Source: a virus | Strand: one strand, 5' to 3' | DNA length: 64,000 bases | IMG/VR virus record: IMGVR_UViG_3300025684_000012 | Shown here: one piece after another, positions 1 to 10,103 of the stretch | Numbering within the stretch: position 1 is the first letter of the stretch | How the letters are laid out: each line of letters opens with the position of its first letter | Notes under the pieces: model-generated | What the model was told of the DNA's origin: nothing | Seen by the model: the letters and a program-made list of their open reading frames with translations, nothing else | Database searches by the model: none | Program-made: the position numbers and the translations under genes

Positions 1-1098
1 ATTCTCGCCAACTGCTTTAACCATTTGTAATGGAACGTATGGGCAATAGAAGATACCAGCGTCATATGCGTTAGAACCTTTGTAGCCTACAGTGATGTAG
101 TCAGAAGCAGCATATGGATCGATGTAAACTTTAGTGCGACCATTCAAAGTACCAGCAAAAGTGTTGCCAGTATCATCTACTTGCAGACCAGTGCTCATTG
201 CAGGAGTGTAGTCCAACATACCAGAAGCAGCAAGTGCAGTAGCAACGTCAGAAGAACAGATAACAACGTTACCTTTACCACGACGAGTTTCTTTAGCAAT
301 TACGTTTGCTTCGCGATCTAGTTGGATAACAAGACCTTTGAACTTCTCTGCAGACCAACGGCCATCAGCGTCAGATGACAAGTCGAATACGCCAGGAACA
401 GCGATGTTAGACGACTGAGCACCAACTTTAGCTTGGCTGTTGATTGTGTGAATTACTTCACGGTTGATTTCAGCAAGGATCTCTGTAGACAGAATGTTAG
501 CCAATTCTGTTTCAGCATCAAGACCGTGGATTGCTTTCAGGTCTTGCGCCAGCTCTAAGCTGTACTCAGCTTTAAGCGCACGGCTCTTAGCAGTTACAGT
601 TGCTTTCTCAATGGTGAAACCCATTTCTTGGAAAGCGCCACCGGTGTTGCCAAGTGCTTCAGCATCTGCTGTAGGCATACCTTTACCAACTGTGCTTGCA
701 TCAGCAACGCCAGAGAATGCAGAGTTAGCTTCGCCAAAGAATGCTTCAGCATTACCAGTTGATCCGCCGTCATAACGTGACTTCATAGCGAAGATCAGGC
801 CAGTAGGACCAGACATAGGCTGTACGCCAGCAACGTCGTATGCCATCAGGTTAGGCATAGCGCGACGTACCAATGAGATCAATACTGGATCCCAAGTAGA
901 CTGTGAGCCGGTGTTGTTGCCAGCAGTTTCAGTCAATTGACCAAAACCAGCATTTTGAGCGCGCTCTTCGTTGATTGCGCGTTCTTGGTTTTCTAGAATA
1001 GCCGCTGTAACAGCGCGACGGTGATGATCTTTGATCTCGCCACAAGAACTTTCGTTAAGAACTGGTGACCATTTTTCAACTAATTTATCGAATTGCAT
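1..1098 (-). CDS. gp23: Major capsid protein (T4 gp23-like), 3' end runs off the window
   Basis: Not in the ORF track; read by hand from ATG at 1098 with an AGGA RBS: MQFDKLVEKWSPVL...DPVLISLVRRAMPNLMAYDVAGVQPMSGPTGLIFAMKSRY, later AEYSLELAQDLKAIHGLDAETELANILSTEILAEINRE; follows gp22. Confidence 0.97.
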   Translation of the reverse strand, partial: MQFDKLVEKWSPVLNESSCGEIKDHHRRAVTAAILENQERAINEERAQNAGFGQLTETAGNNTGSQSTWDPVLISLVRRAMPNLMAYDVAGVQPMSGPTGLIFAMKSRYDGGSTGNAEAFFGEANSAFSGVADASTVGKGMPTADAEALGNTGGAFQEMGFTIEKATVTAKSRALKAEYSLELAQDLKAIHGLDAETELANILSTEILAEINREVIHTINSQAKVGAQSSNIAVPGVFDLSSDADGRWSAEKFKGLVIQLDREANVIAKETRRGKGNVVICSSDVATALAASGMLDYTPAMSTGLQVDDTGNTFAGTLNGRTKVYIDPYAASDYITVGYKGSNAYDAGIFYCPYVPLQMVKAVGEN

Positions 1099-1109
1099 GA
1101 TAGGTTTCC

Positions 1110-2177
1110 TTATTTGGATGTTTTCTTGATTGCAGCGAGGTAAGACTCCATTACTGAAGATACTTCAATTTCTTCTTCAGCTTCTTCGGTGAGTGCGTCT
1201 TCCGCTACAGGGATTTCTTTTGAGAAGTAGTTTTCTTTGATAGCAGCTACCTTTGATGCAAAGTTATCATCAAAGTCAACATTTTCTACCAATTCAGCTA
1301 GTTTCTCGGCTTGAGTTTGAGCTAGGTCACGTGAAGCTTCAGCGATAATTGATTTGCGCTTGTACGCTTCAAGTTCTTCAGCAAGTGCGATTGCATCGCC
1401 AGTAGTAGAGTTAAGTCGTTCTTCCAACTCTTGTACTTGCTCAGCCAGATCGTCAACTAGGTCCATCTTAGAAGCAGGGACTTCGATGTAAGATTCTACG
1501 AATAGATCTTTCATTTTGTCCATAAAGTTTTCAGCAATTTCAGTACGGAGACCGTTCTGAATAGCAACTTTATTGTCTTCCATCCAAGACTCAACCACGT
1601 AGTTTAGGTATGAATCAACTTTGCCAACCAAGTCTTGCTTAATAGCAGTAACTTCTTCAGCCAGTTCTTCTTTGTAAGATTCTTCGAGACGCTCTACTTC
1701 TTCAGCTAGCTTGCTTTTAACAGCTGCTTCGAAGATGATAGATGTTTTCTCTTTGAATTCTTCTGATAGAGTAGCTTCGCCTTCTACGATTGCTCGTAGT
1801 TCGGCATTAGTGTCAACACTTTCAGCAACAAATTCATCGTCAATGTCTAGCGCTTCACAAACTTTACCGTATGCGTCTTGTAGGTCAGCTTTCTTCATTT
1901 TAGAAGCAGCTTTATACATAGCATTTAACATACCAGCTTTAGTTTTAGGCAAGTTAGACTTTTCAGAGTTTTTCTTGTCACCTGGGCGCGCCGGTGCCTG
2001 TTTAGTAGCTTGAGCTGCTTTATCTACTGTAGAAATAGACTCAGGTTCTGAGACCTGTTGTCCATCAACAGAACCGCTCTTAGCCTTTGGCGCTTGCGCT
2101 TCTTCGAGAGTTTCCTCCACGATTTCGTTAATATCTGTATCGCGGATTTCACCTTCGACTTTGTTTAAATCAGTCAT
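1110..2177 (-). CDS. gp22: Prohead core scaffold protein
   Basis: Acidic coiled coil with LSEEFKEK..IFEAAV and KVDSYLNYVVESWMEDNKVAIQNGLRTEIAENF; lies between gp21 and gp23. Confidence 0.93.
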   Translation of the reverse strand: MTDLNKVEGEIRDTDINEIVEETLEEAQAPKAKSGSVDGQQVSEPESISTVDKAAQATKQAPARPGDKKNSEKSNLPKTKAGMLNAMYKAASKMKKADLQDAYGKVCEALDIDDEFVAESVDTNAELRAIVEGEATLSEEFKEKTSIIFEAAVKSKLAEEVERLEESYKEELAEEVTAIKQDLVGKVDSYLNYVVESWMEDNKVAIQNGLRTEIAENFMDKMKDLFVESYIEVPASKMDLVDDLAEQVQELEERLNSTTGDAIALAEELEAYKRKSIIAEASRDLAQTQAEKLAELVENVDFDDNFASKVAAIKENYFSKEIPVAEDALTEEAEEEIEVSSVMESYLAAIKKTSK

Positions 2178-2186
2178 AGTGACTCC

Positions 2187-2846
2187 TTATAGTTTAGATT
2201 TGATTAACGAGAGGAAATTCTTAAACTCGCGAATTTGCACTTCAGGTTGAATTGCTTTCGGTGCTTGTTTGATTTCAGTCTCCATCTCTTCAATTACCTG
2301 TGGCTCTAAAATGCCGTTGTTCCAAACCCAGTCTACACCTTCCATTATACCATTAACAAAAGCATCAGGTGCGCTAGGGTCTTGAACGATATCTACGGTG
2401 GATAGAATAAAATCATCCTTTACGTACATAACGCCATTTTTTTGCTCAAGGCTTCCCATACCACGAGTTGACACGCCTAATTGAACACCACCCTCAAGAA
2501 GTCCTTTAACTATCTTGCCCATTGGTGTATCTAATATTTGTGCCCTTCCAACCACATTATTTCCTTCGAATCGAAGATCAGTAATGAGGTGTGAAACTTT
2601 ATCCAAGTTAACTGTAGGCCCTTCGGGGTGGTTCAACTCACCGACAGCGCGCTTCTTGCTAACTTGGTCTTCAACGTACTTGTTTACCGCTCTCTCCATA
2701 ATGGCTTTGGGGTAAACACGTCCGTTTCTATTCTTTTGATCTGCTTGAGCGAATACACCTTCAATCGCATAGTTCTTCACGCCGTCTTCCTTGGCTTCAA
2801 CGATGCACTCAAGATTGGTTTCTGTAAATTCGCTAATTAGCTTCAT
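2187..2846 (-). CDS. gp21: Prohead core protease
   Basis: NRNGRVYP, GELNHP, LGVSTRGMGSL and DIVQDPSAPDAFV motifs. Confidence 0.96.
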   Translation of the reverse strand: MKLISEFTETNLECIVEAKEDGVKNYAIEGVFAQADQKNRNGRVYPKAIMERAVNKYVEDQVSKKRAVGELNHPEGPTVNLDKVSHLITDLRFEGNNVVGRAQILDTPMGKIVKGLLEGGVQLGVSTRGMGSLEQKNGVMYVKDDFILSTVDIVQDPSAPDAFVNGIMEGVDWVWNNGILEPQVIEEMETEIKQAPKAIQPEVQIREFKNFLSLIKSKL

Positions 2847-2847
2847 T

Positions 2848-3045
2848 TTATTTTCCTAGTGCCTTCAATACCGCAGCTGCAGTATCTTCAGCTTCTTTCC
2901 TACTAGTAAAGTTGTCGGCAACGAGATCTCCATCAACGCGGAGCTCTATACCTTTCTTGCCGGTCTTAATTTCTACAGGGATGCCCTTGATTTTCTTTTT
3001 CACGAGAAACATCTGAGCCTCTCTAAGTTGTTTAAAAGTTTTCAT
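2848..3045 (-). CDS. Small basic protein at the prohead core (gp68-like) position
   Basis: 65 aa starting MKTFKQLRE; AGGAG RBS and its own late promoter; directly upstream of gp21. Confidence 0.6.
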   Translation of the reverse strand: MKTFKQLREAQMFLVKKKIKGIPVEIKTGKKGIELRVDGDLVADNFTSRKEAEDTAAAVLKALGK

Positions 3046-3066
3046 TACATCTCCTTAGTTGCATAT

Positions 3067-3074
3067 TATTTATA
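3067..3074 (-). promoter_or_regulatory. T4-type late promoter TATAAATA
   Basis: Exact consensus 22 nt upstream of the ATG at 3045. Confidence 0.8.
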
Positions 3075-3107
3075 TAAAATAAGTTCCCAAGAATACAAAT
3101 TATTTAA

Positions 3108-3758
3108 TTATACTGATTTAGTATACTTTTTCTTAGTGCTGCCCCACATTTGCTCAGCATATATCTTTCCTTTACCAGTATAGCGTGTTGATCTAATGCT
3201 ATAATGTACTGGAATAGTATAGTGTGACGGCCATATAGTCAGCTTATGCTTCTCAGCGTCAGGTACAAACTGAGATAACCACCCGTTGCCCGTAGATACC
3301 CAAGGCTTGGGATCTAGCTGGTCCGGCGTTAATTTGTGTAACGTATCTATCAACAACTTAACAAAAGTATTTCCTGGGTTACACGCCTGAATAGGTGATA
3401 CCCAATTAGGAGCTACATGCTCGTCGCGGTCATTCTCGAAAATGGTGTACGCCCAGTCACTAGGACTAGTAAACACTTCGTCCATATTGTGGTAACATAC
3501 AGCGTCTGCAGGAGGGAGAAACCCTCCTTGCTCATAAAGCAACTCATATCGTATTAAGTCGGCAACGCCAGCATACACCCCCATAGAGTAGTACCTGTCG
3601 ATTAAATGCTGGTTATGCCAGGTTCTGTCATGGAACATCTGATCAGTGAAAACACTGTAATCCCAGTCTGGATGTTTATCTTTCCAGGTATTCATCCAAT
3701 GAAGCGGCATATCATATGGACCTATCCATATGTGTGTCATCTTCTTAACTATATTCAT
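3108..3758 (-). CDS. Glycosyltransferase, GT32/OCH1-like sugar-binding family
   Basis: KKMTHIWIG...W...HPDWDY...ADLIRYELLYEQGGFLPPADA pattern; the DxD is degenerate (PADA). Confidence 0.8.
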   Translation of the reverse strand: MNIVKKMTHIWIGPYDMPLHWMNTWKDKHPDWDYSVFTDQMFHDRTWHNQHLIDRYYSMGVYAGVADLIRYELLYEQGGFLPPADAVCYHNMDEVFTSPSDWAYTIFENDRDEHVAPNWVSPIQACNPGNTFVKLLIDTLHKLTPDQLDPKPWVSTGNGWLSQFVPDAEKHKLTIWPSHYTIPVHYSIRSTRYTGKGKIYAEQMWGSTKKKYTKSV

Positions 3759-3791
3759 AATACAACTTAATATTAGTAAATTGATTTAATA

Positions 3792-4055
3792 TTAATCTTC
3801 GTCGTCATCAAGAAGATCTTCATCTTCCTCATCAACGTCAACGTAAGGCTCAGCTCCATTAAAAACAGTGTCTGCGACAGCAATTTTTTCAGCTTCCAAT
3901 GAGCATTGAACCTTGTCGTCCAACAGGCTATTGAATAACTTTTCAGACTGATTGAAGTCGCCCGCAGCGATTGAGTCAATAAAGTCTCCGATGGGGTCAT
4001 GCTCTACTGGCGTATCTTCGATTTCTTGTTCTACTTGGCTTTGTGATTCACTCAT
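3792..4055 (-). CDS. gp67: Acidic prohead core protein (gp67-like)
   Basis: 87 aa, very acidic, immediately after the portal; FIDSIAAGDFNQSEKLF..L..K..A motif. Confidence 0.7.
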   Translation of the reverse strand: MSESQSQVEQEIEDTPVEHDPIGDFIDSIAAGDFNQSEKLFNSLLDDKVQCSLEAEKIAVADTVFNGAEPYVDVDEEDEDLLDDDED

Positions 4056-4056
4056 A

Positions 4057-5562
4057 TTATACTCCTAGGTCATCGTCATCAGCATCATCGCCATTGGCGT
4101 TCTCTGCTTCAACTTGTTTCTTCATTTCTTCGATGTCTTTATCATTCATCATCATTACGTTCTTCATTACCCACTCGCGAGAGAAGTACTCCCCAACGTA
4201 TTGTGTAACCTGATCCATAGTAGATAAGCGTTCACGCAATAACTCTGAGTCCTTCAATTCGGCAAAATGGTTATCGCGGACAAAGTCGACTTGGATATTA
4301 GCCTTCCAAGACTCCCAATCTTGCTCAGTACAAATCCCCTTGAGCAGTAATTGTTTTTTAAGTAATCCCAAAAATAGATGAGAGAACTTCCTGCGCAAGC
4401 GATCAATAAACTTTTGAAACTTAACTTCGTCGCGTCCAATTTCCGTTGTCCGCCCCAAAGAGAACTGAGATTCTTGTTCTAGTCTATTTAGAGGAACATT
4501 TAAAGAGCGATACAACTTCTTCTGAAAGTATAAAATGTCGTCAATTTGACCTAGATTCTCCCCGCCAGGAAGAGTACTAATCTCAGTACCTCTACCACCT
4601 TCACGGCGCGGAAGCCAAAAATCTTCGAGCATTGACATATGTTTACGGTCGTCTTTAATCTCGCCCGTATTAGCATCATATACTACCTTATTACGGTAGC
4701 GAGACATAATGTCTTTAATGTGCTGCTCAGCTTTACCTTTGGGCATATTGCCCACGTCAATATAAAATATGCGGCGTTCAGGCGCACGAGACATACGATA
4801 GATTACTAAAGAGTCTTCCATCATACGCAATTGATTGACTGGCTTAATAGCTTTATGTATGTAAGATATTACACGCTTTTTACTTGAATCTAGTAGGCCT
4901 GATGTAACATATGAGACTGAATCGGGGGTCAACTTAACGCCCTGACTCATCCCGGTCTTCTCTTGAAAGATAAAGAACTCGTTGGTCTTGTCTATAACTT
5001 TAGCGCCAGTCTTCTGGTCTTTCTTGTATTCAACTTCTTTGACTTTTCTAATCTTGCACCCATCAATCGTACGAATATCTTGAATACCAGCCTTGAGGTT
5101 GGACTCGTTCACTACGATGTGGTGATACATTCTACCGTCTACATACCAGCTGCGGAACATATCATGTCCGTGCTCTTCGAAGTTTAGTAGAGAATATATA
5201 TTTTCAAATTCTTCGATAATTATATCTTTAATGCGATCAGGCGCATCAACCTTGTCTAAGTTGACACTAACCGACGGCTCAAGCTCTGATGTTACTACCG
5301 CCTCATTAATAATATCTTCAATCGCCGCATCAACTTCCGGATGCTCAGCAACAGTACGATATTTACGAATGAGTTCGGCATTATCTCTGGCGGTAGTACC
5401 TTCAAGATCGACATATTGGGCAAAGTGCGAGCCTGATGCAGTAATATATCCTGCGCCATCCTCGTCAGCTTTAGGTACAATTGACGGAGTTTTTTTCTCG
5501 TCGGGTTTTTGTACTCGCTTGATTTCAAAACCGAACATTTGAAGTAAACTGTTATCTGCCAT
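4057..5562 (-). CDS. gp20: Portal vertex protein
   Basis: NQLRMMEDSLVIYRMSRAPERRIFYIDVGNMPKGKAEQ and EDFWLPRREGGRGTEISTLPGG. Confidence 0.98.
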   Translation of the reverse strand: MADNSLLQMFGFEIKRVQKPDEKKTPSIVPKADEDGAGYITASGSHFAQYVDLEGTTARDNAELIRKYRTVAEHPEVDAAIEDIINEAVVTSELEPSVSVNLDKVDAPDRIKDIIIEEFENIYSLLNFEEHGHDMFRSWYVDGRMYHHIVVNESNLKAGIQDIRTIDGCKIRKVKEVEYKKDQKTGAKVIDKTNEFFIFQEKTGMSQGVKLTPDSVSYVTSGLLDSSKKRVISYIHKAIKPVNQLRMMEDSLVIYRMSRAPERRIFYIDVGNMPKGKAEQHIKDIMSRYRNKVVYDANTGEIKDDRKHMSMLEDFWLPRREGGRGTEISTLPGGENLGQIDDILYFQKKLYRSLNVPLNRLEQESQFSLGRTTEIGRDEVKFQKFIDRLRRKFSHLFLGLLKKQLLLKGICTEQDWESWKANIQVDFVRDNHFAELKDSELLRERLSTMDQVTQYVGEYFSREWVMKNVMMMNDKDIEEMKKQVEAENANGDDADDDDLGV

Positions 5563-5578
5563 AAGATCCTCTAATAAT

Positions 5579-5609
5579 AAAACAGGGTGCTGAAGTCAAT
5601 CAGCACCCT
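5579..5609 (-). terminator. Stem-loop, probable terminator after the tail tube gene
   Basis: 10-bp perfect stem AGGGTGCTGA/TCAGCACCCT followed by a short T-rich tail on the minus strand; late-promoter variant TATAAGTA at 5612-5619 just upstream. Confidence 0.6.
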
Positions 5610-5625
5610 CTTACTTATACACCAA

Positions 5626-6150
5626 TTAACTAGTAGTTTCGGCTTCCCAATACTGAACCTGAAACTCAACAGTAAAGTCTTCCACCGTGTCTACGGTATC
5701 ATATAACAGATCAATCGCTGCCACGTTAGTTGGAAAGCATCCACGGAAATTGTATTTTTTCAATACAGAACCATCTTTGTCCAACTGCTCAACAATCAAG
5801 TCAGCTTGATAGTCATTTGGGTTGGTACGACCGACGTTCTCCGAGTGAGCATTCATACCGTTCATCCAACGTTCCATAGCATTGCGAACATTGAAATCTG
5901 TGTCGTTGATTACCGTCACCGTCCATGGTTCAAAAGTGCGATCACCCGCAACCTTCAACTGACGACCACGGAAAGGTACATCGATAAATCCAATAACCGA
6001 TGCTGGCAATTGAGCTCCCTTACACATGAATGATGTTAATTCAATATCACCACCCGCATACCCAGGAAAGTTGACAATGGCACGGAATAGATTCGGACGT
6101 GCACCGCCACCTTTCAATTTTGCTTTAAAGTCATCTACTCTTAAAGACAT
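5626..6150 (-). CDS. gp19: Tail tube protein
   Basis: GGARPNLF, FRGRQLKVAGDRTFEPWTVTVINDTDF and FPTNVAAIDL. Confidence 0.96.
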   Translation of the reverse strand: MSLRVDDFKAKLKGGGARPNLFRAIVNFPGYAGGDIELTSFMCKGAQLPASVIGFIDVPFRGRQLKVAGDRTFEPWTVTVINDTDFNVRNAMERWMNGMNAHSENVGRTNPNDYQADLIVEQLDKDGSVLKKYNFRGCFPTNVAAIDLLYDTVDTVEDFTVEFQVQYWEAETTS

Positions 6151-6161
6151 TTCTATTCTCC

Positions 6162-7862
6162 TTATACCAAGCCGACAATTTCGTCAAACTGGACACCGGT
6201 TCTAATAGCTACGAAGTTTAGAGTAACGTAGTTGATAGAGCGGGCTGGTTTGATGAACATTGAGGCAACGAATTCGTTACGATCAACAACTGCTGGTGTA
6301 TTATTAGTTTCGTCACATACGACGCGGAAGTCTGTGATACCACGACGACCTTGTACTTCACGTAACAGTGGCTCAACGATATTTACGAATTCTGCACGAG
6401 TAAACTCATCGTTCATTTCAAACATAACGTTTTTACCAGCTAGGGCAATCGCTCGCTCAAGAGTCAAGAACAAACGGCGTACGTTAATACGGTCGAATGC
6501 TGAAGGACGTCTTTGATACGTTTTGTCGCCATACAGTAGTACTCCAGAACCTGGAATATTTGCTACTGGGTTAAAACCAGCTTTGTATAGTTCGTCACGG
6601 TCTGACTTAGATGGGTTGTATGCTAAATCTGTTACACCCAAGTATCGTCCACGACGCTCACCAGCTGGTGAGAACCACGGTGCTGATGCTAAGTCGGCCG
6701 CTGCAATAATGCCAGCTGTGCTTGATGCTGAAGGAATGTAAATATATTGATCGTTGTACTTGTCATACACTTTAAAGAAGTTATTATCTAAAATAGTATA
6801 AGAAGAGCGCGTGCTTGGAGCAGTAGCAAGGATGGCGGCCGTTGGATCAGCATTACCTACTACGCTTATACGAGAAGGTGAAGCGATTGCTACACAGTCT
6901 TTACGTTGCTCAGCAATAGCAGTTACTGTATCTGGGTTAACATCTTGTGCTGCAATGATAAAGTCTACTGTAACAGAGTCTATATCATCAAACATACTAT
7001 ACGCAGAGCCCTTAGCTTCGTTCGATACAGCTACATCAGAACCACCTGATAAAACACCTGTCCAAATACCGTTAGAATTTGGGTCGAATCCTTCGCTGTA
7101 CTCGCCCATCCATACATACGATGATTGGTTGTTGAGTACATCTGTAATGTATATCGTTCCACCCTGTTGGTTTTTAGCTCCAGGAGTTGTTGATACGTAT
7201 GCGAACGTTTCCAACACCTCTCCTGCTACACCTGTTATACCACCACCGTTATCGCTAATGATAACGTGTAACTCGTCACCTTCCGGTGCGCTATCAAACA
7301 ATTGGTTTTCTACACCGGCAGGAATAACAGTAACCTTGAGGTTGTTACCTAGTGCACCTGGATACTTAGCATAGAAGGTATCTGGATGTGGGTTAACACG
7401 GGTTTCCCAGTAATCGGCGTTTTTGATAACGCGCGCTGCTGGTCCATATACTGCAGGAACCTCGGGCGTCAATACGACTGGGTTATTGTCTGAATCAAGT
7501 ACTGGATTCATATCAGAATCCATCATGTATTCTGCGGGGATCATAGGAGATATTTCTATGCCCTGTGAGTCGGCAGTTGCTGCTGCGTTCATGCCTTCGT
7601 TGACACGCACTACAAACATTGAGCTTGAGTATTTTAAGAAATAAGCAGCAGAGAAGAAATCTACCGCATTGTCTTTTGTTGGGGTTCCAAATAAAGAAAC
7701 GAGCTGAGTTTCATCAGAAACACGAGTACGCTTATCTACTGGTCCCCATTTAAAATCACCTACAAAAGCACCTGTAGTAGATTGAACATTTGGCACAACG
7801 CCAGTTAGGTCGATCTCTCGTACAGATACCGCAGGGGATTGTGATGGAGTTGTTAATGCCAT
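6162..7862 (-). CDS. gp18: Tail sheath protein
   Basis: SPAVSVREIDLT, WFSPAGERRG, SAFDRINVRRLF and FIKPARSINYVTLNFVA. Confidence 0.97.
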   Translation of the reverse strand: MALTTPSQSPAVSVREIDLTGVVPNVQSTTGAFVGDFKWGPVDKRTRVSDETQLVSLFGTPTKDNAVDFFSAAYFLKYSSSMFVVRVNEGMNAAATADSQGIEISPMIPAEYMMDSDMNPVLDSDNNPVVLTPEVPAVYGPAARVIKNADYWETRVNPHPDTFYAKYPGALGNNLKVTVIPAGVENQLFDSAPEGDELHVIISDNGGGITGVAGEVLETFAYVSTTPGAKNQQGGTIYITDVLNNQSSYVWMGEYSEGFDPNSNGIWTGVLSGGSDVAVSNEAKGSAYSMFDDIDSVTVDFIIAAQDVNPDTVTAIAEQRKDCVAIASPSRISVVGNADPTAAILATAPSTRSSYTILDNNFFKVYDKYNDQYIYIPSASSTAGIIAAADLASAPWFSPAGERRGRYLGVTDLAYNPSKSDRDELYKAGFNPVANIPGSGVLLYGDKTYQRRPSAFDRINVRRLFLTLERAIALAGKNVMFEMNDEFTRAEFVNIVEPLLREVQGRRGITDFRVVCDETNNTPAVVDRNEFVASMFIKPARSINYVTLNFVAIRTGVQFDEIVGLV

Positions 7863-7930
7863 GACCTTTCCTTTTTAATCGGTTGCGAATGATAAGTTAA
7901 CATGATACGGTGTAATTCCTTCAATAGTAC

Positions 7931-7938
7931 TATTTATA
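7931..7938 (-). promoter_or_regulatory. Late promoter TATAAATA
   Basis: Exact consensus upstream of gp18. Confidence 0.8.
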
Positions 7939-7941
7939 GAA

Positions 7942-9567
7942 TTACCAATCTTCAGATGTAACACGATCGGGCATATCAAAGTCGTGCCACCCAGTGGTAT
8001 ACCTATCATTTTGTTGTAATTCTTGTTGCCTATGCCACTCTTGTCCGTCGTCGATGATACCAAAGGGCGGAACATCATCATCAATTTCTTTCATTCTCTG
8101 TTCGAATAGCATTTGTTTAATGTTTACGTTGGACATATCCATAAATGCTTGCGTACTCACGAAGTACCCAAACATGACGAGATTCATCATTAGGTCATCG
8201 TGGTTGCCATCGGACGCCTCGTAAGACTGCCCCCGCGAGACAAATGTAGATATCTCCATAATGGTGTTTTCATCCACTATAGTGAGTTTACCACCCTCGA
8301 TTATATCCTTAATACCAGAGCACCCGATGCGCTTAACTTTACGATCCATACGAATACCGATAGCATCCGCTTTTACCGCAGACTCAAGATGAATATTTTC
8401 GTACTCTAGATCCTGGTAAAGTCCAACGCACACCATCATACCCTGGTCATTATTTTCTATAACACAGTATGCCTCATTATATAGTGTGGCATATTTGTAT
8501 ATGATATTCGGATAAAGTATAGGTGAGATTCTATTGTTGCGGTATACGCAAACCTGCCTAAATGGACGAACCGAAACATCGATGATATTAAACGTAGAGT
8601 AATCTTGTCCACGTCCTTGTGCTACGTCTACAAGCATTATATACTCATGATCCTTAAAAGGCCTTTGGTATATAAGTAGATCGCCACCCTCCATATACTC
8701 AATAGGTGGATGCGCTCGTAAATCTAGAAGTACATTCCCCTCAATGAGAGTGTTACCCGTCCCATAGAACGTATTGCCAAATTCTTGGTCGAACTGCATC
8801 TGGGAAGTATTCGCAATGGTTTGCTTTTTCCATTCTTCGTCACGTCCAGGTACATCCCACCAGTCAACTCGAAACGGTTTATATTCATTAATCCTCTGCA
8901 CCGCTCCTTCCCATATTTTATGATATGTATTACCAATACCATTTGCTGTAGATGTGATAATTACTTTAGTGTCTTTACCAGATGATACAACGGGATACGT
9001 AGAAGTATAGAACTCAGCAGCATTCTCTACGAAAGCAAATTCGTCCAAGAATAGTAAGTTAACAGACATACCACGAATAGAAGAACCAGACGTCGCAGCA
9101 GCAACAATTCTAGAATTGTTCGAAAACTCAATAGAGCCTTTGTTAAGTGCCTTACAGCCTGGCTGGAGAAAGAAAGGGAGATTCTCCAGCATAAGAGTAA
9201 TGCGTTGTAGCATTTCTCGAGCAGTAGCTCCTTTGTTAGCTAGAACCGCAACAGTCTTTTCTGGGTGAAATATAGCATACCATAAGATATACCCAACACT
9301 CGAAATACTTTTACCCGATTGGCGACAAGCAAGCACAATACTAAATCTGTTTGACTCAAAGTGCTCAAACATCTTTTCCTGATAGGGGTATAGATCGAAT
9401 GGTACCAATCCCCTATCAAGATGAATGACCTTTACATATTTTTTGCAAAAGTATGCAGGATCCTTCATGCACTTTTTGTATTCGGCTAGTTTTTTAGGAG
9501 TCCAATTCTCGTTAACCCCGTCCCGCTTAACGTTAATATTGCCTAGATATGTTTCGCTGTTGCTCAT
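7942..9567 (-). CDS. gp17: Terminase large subunit
   Basis: Walker A ACRQSGKS, Walker B LLFLDEFAF, TSTANG, and nuclease motifs DVAQGRGQDYS and HDDLMM. Confidence 0.98.
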   Translation of the reverse strand: MSNSETYLGNINVKRDGVNENWTPKKLAEYKKCMKDPAYFCKKYVKVIHLDRGLVPFDLYPYQEKMFEHFESNRFSIVLACRQSGKSISSVGYILWYAIFHPEKTVAVLANKGATAREMLQRITLMLENLPFFLQPGCKALNKGSIEFSNNSRIVAAATSGSSIRGMSVNLLFLDEFAFVENAAEFYTSTYPVVSSGKDTKVIITSTANGIGNTYHKIWEGAVQRINEYKPFRVDWWDVPGRDEEWKKQTIANTSQMQFDQEFGNTFYGTGNTLIEGNVLLDLRAHPPIEYMEGGDLLIYQRPFKDHEYIMLVDVAQGRGQDYSTFNIIDVSVRPFRQVCVYRNNRISPILYPNIIYKYATLYNEAYCVIENNDQGMMVCVGLYQDLEYENIHLESAVKADAIGIRMDRKVKRIGCSGIKDIIEGGKLTIVDENTIMEISTFVSRGQSYEASDGNHDDLMMNLVMFGYFVSTQAFMDMSNVNIKQMLFEQRMKEIDDDVPPFGIIDDGQEWHRQQELQQNDRYTTGWHDFDMPDRVTSEDW

Positions 9568-10103
9568 AGTATAAACACCTGTATAGACTCTCGCGAAGGA
9601 GCTGATGGCGCCACTGGCGTAGTACAGTGCAATACGCCCCCTTCCTGATACACAGCGACACCACGTTTTGGTTGAATGGCTGTCATAGTAGGCTGGTCGC
9701 TGAGTTGATGTATGAAAAAACCTCCGTCGGTTCTATTCCAGTCTTTATTTAAGTATATCGACGCAGCTCCCAAAAAACTACCGTCGTCGTGCCAGTTGAC
9801 ATTATACGGACCGACACTCTTATAATACTGCACACTGTATCGGGTAATGTCTTTCGGGCTATCGAAATTGTGTATCATTTTCTGGGCGATGAAGTCGATG
9901 AACTCTTCATCAGAGATTTGGGTAACCTCTAGATTTCCTTGAGTGTTATGGAACAGTCTTTTGTCCCAAACATCTCTATGGTTTTCTGTCCTGAATCTAT
10001 GCAGCTCGGTTTTTACAAATAAATCGACGTACGAGCACTCATCCTCAGTAAGGAAGTTAAAATCTATACATACTCGTTGGTGTTCATTTGTCTGAGTCAG
10101 CAT
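9564..10103 (-). CDS. 2OG-Fe(II) oxygenase (prolyl-4-hydroxylase-like)
   Basis: WHDD...IYLNKDW..DGG.F...HCTTPV.....RESIQ: HxD...H...R signature. Confidence 0.85.
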   Translation of the reverse strand: MLTQTNEHQRVCIDFNFLTEDECSYVDLFVKTELHRFRTENHRDVWDKRLFHNTQGNLEVTQISDEEFIDFIAQKMIHNFDSPKDITRYSVQYYKSVGPYNVNWHDDGSFLGAASIYLNKDWNRTDGGFFIHQLSDQPTMTAIQPKRGVAVYQEGGVLHCTTPVAPSAPSRESIQVFIL

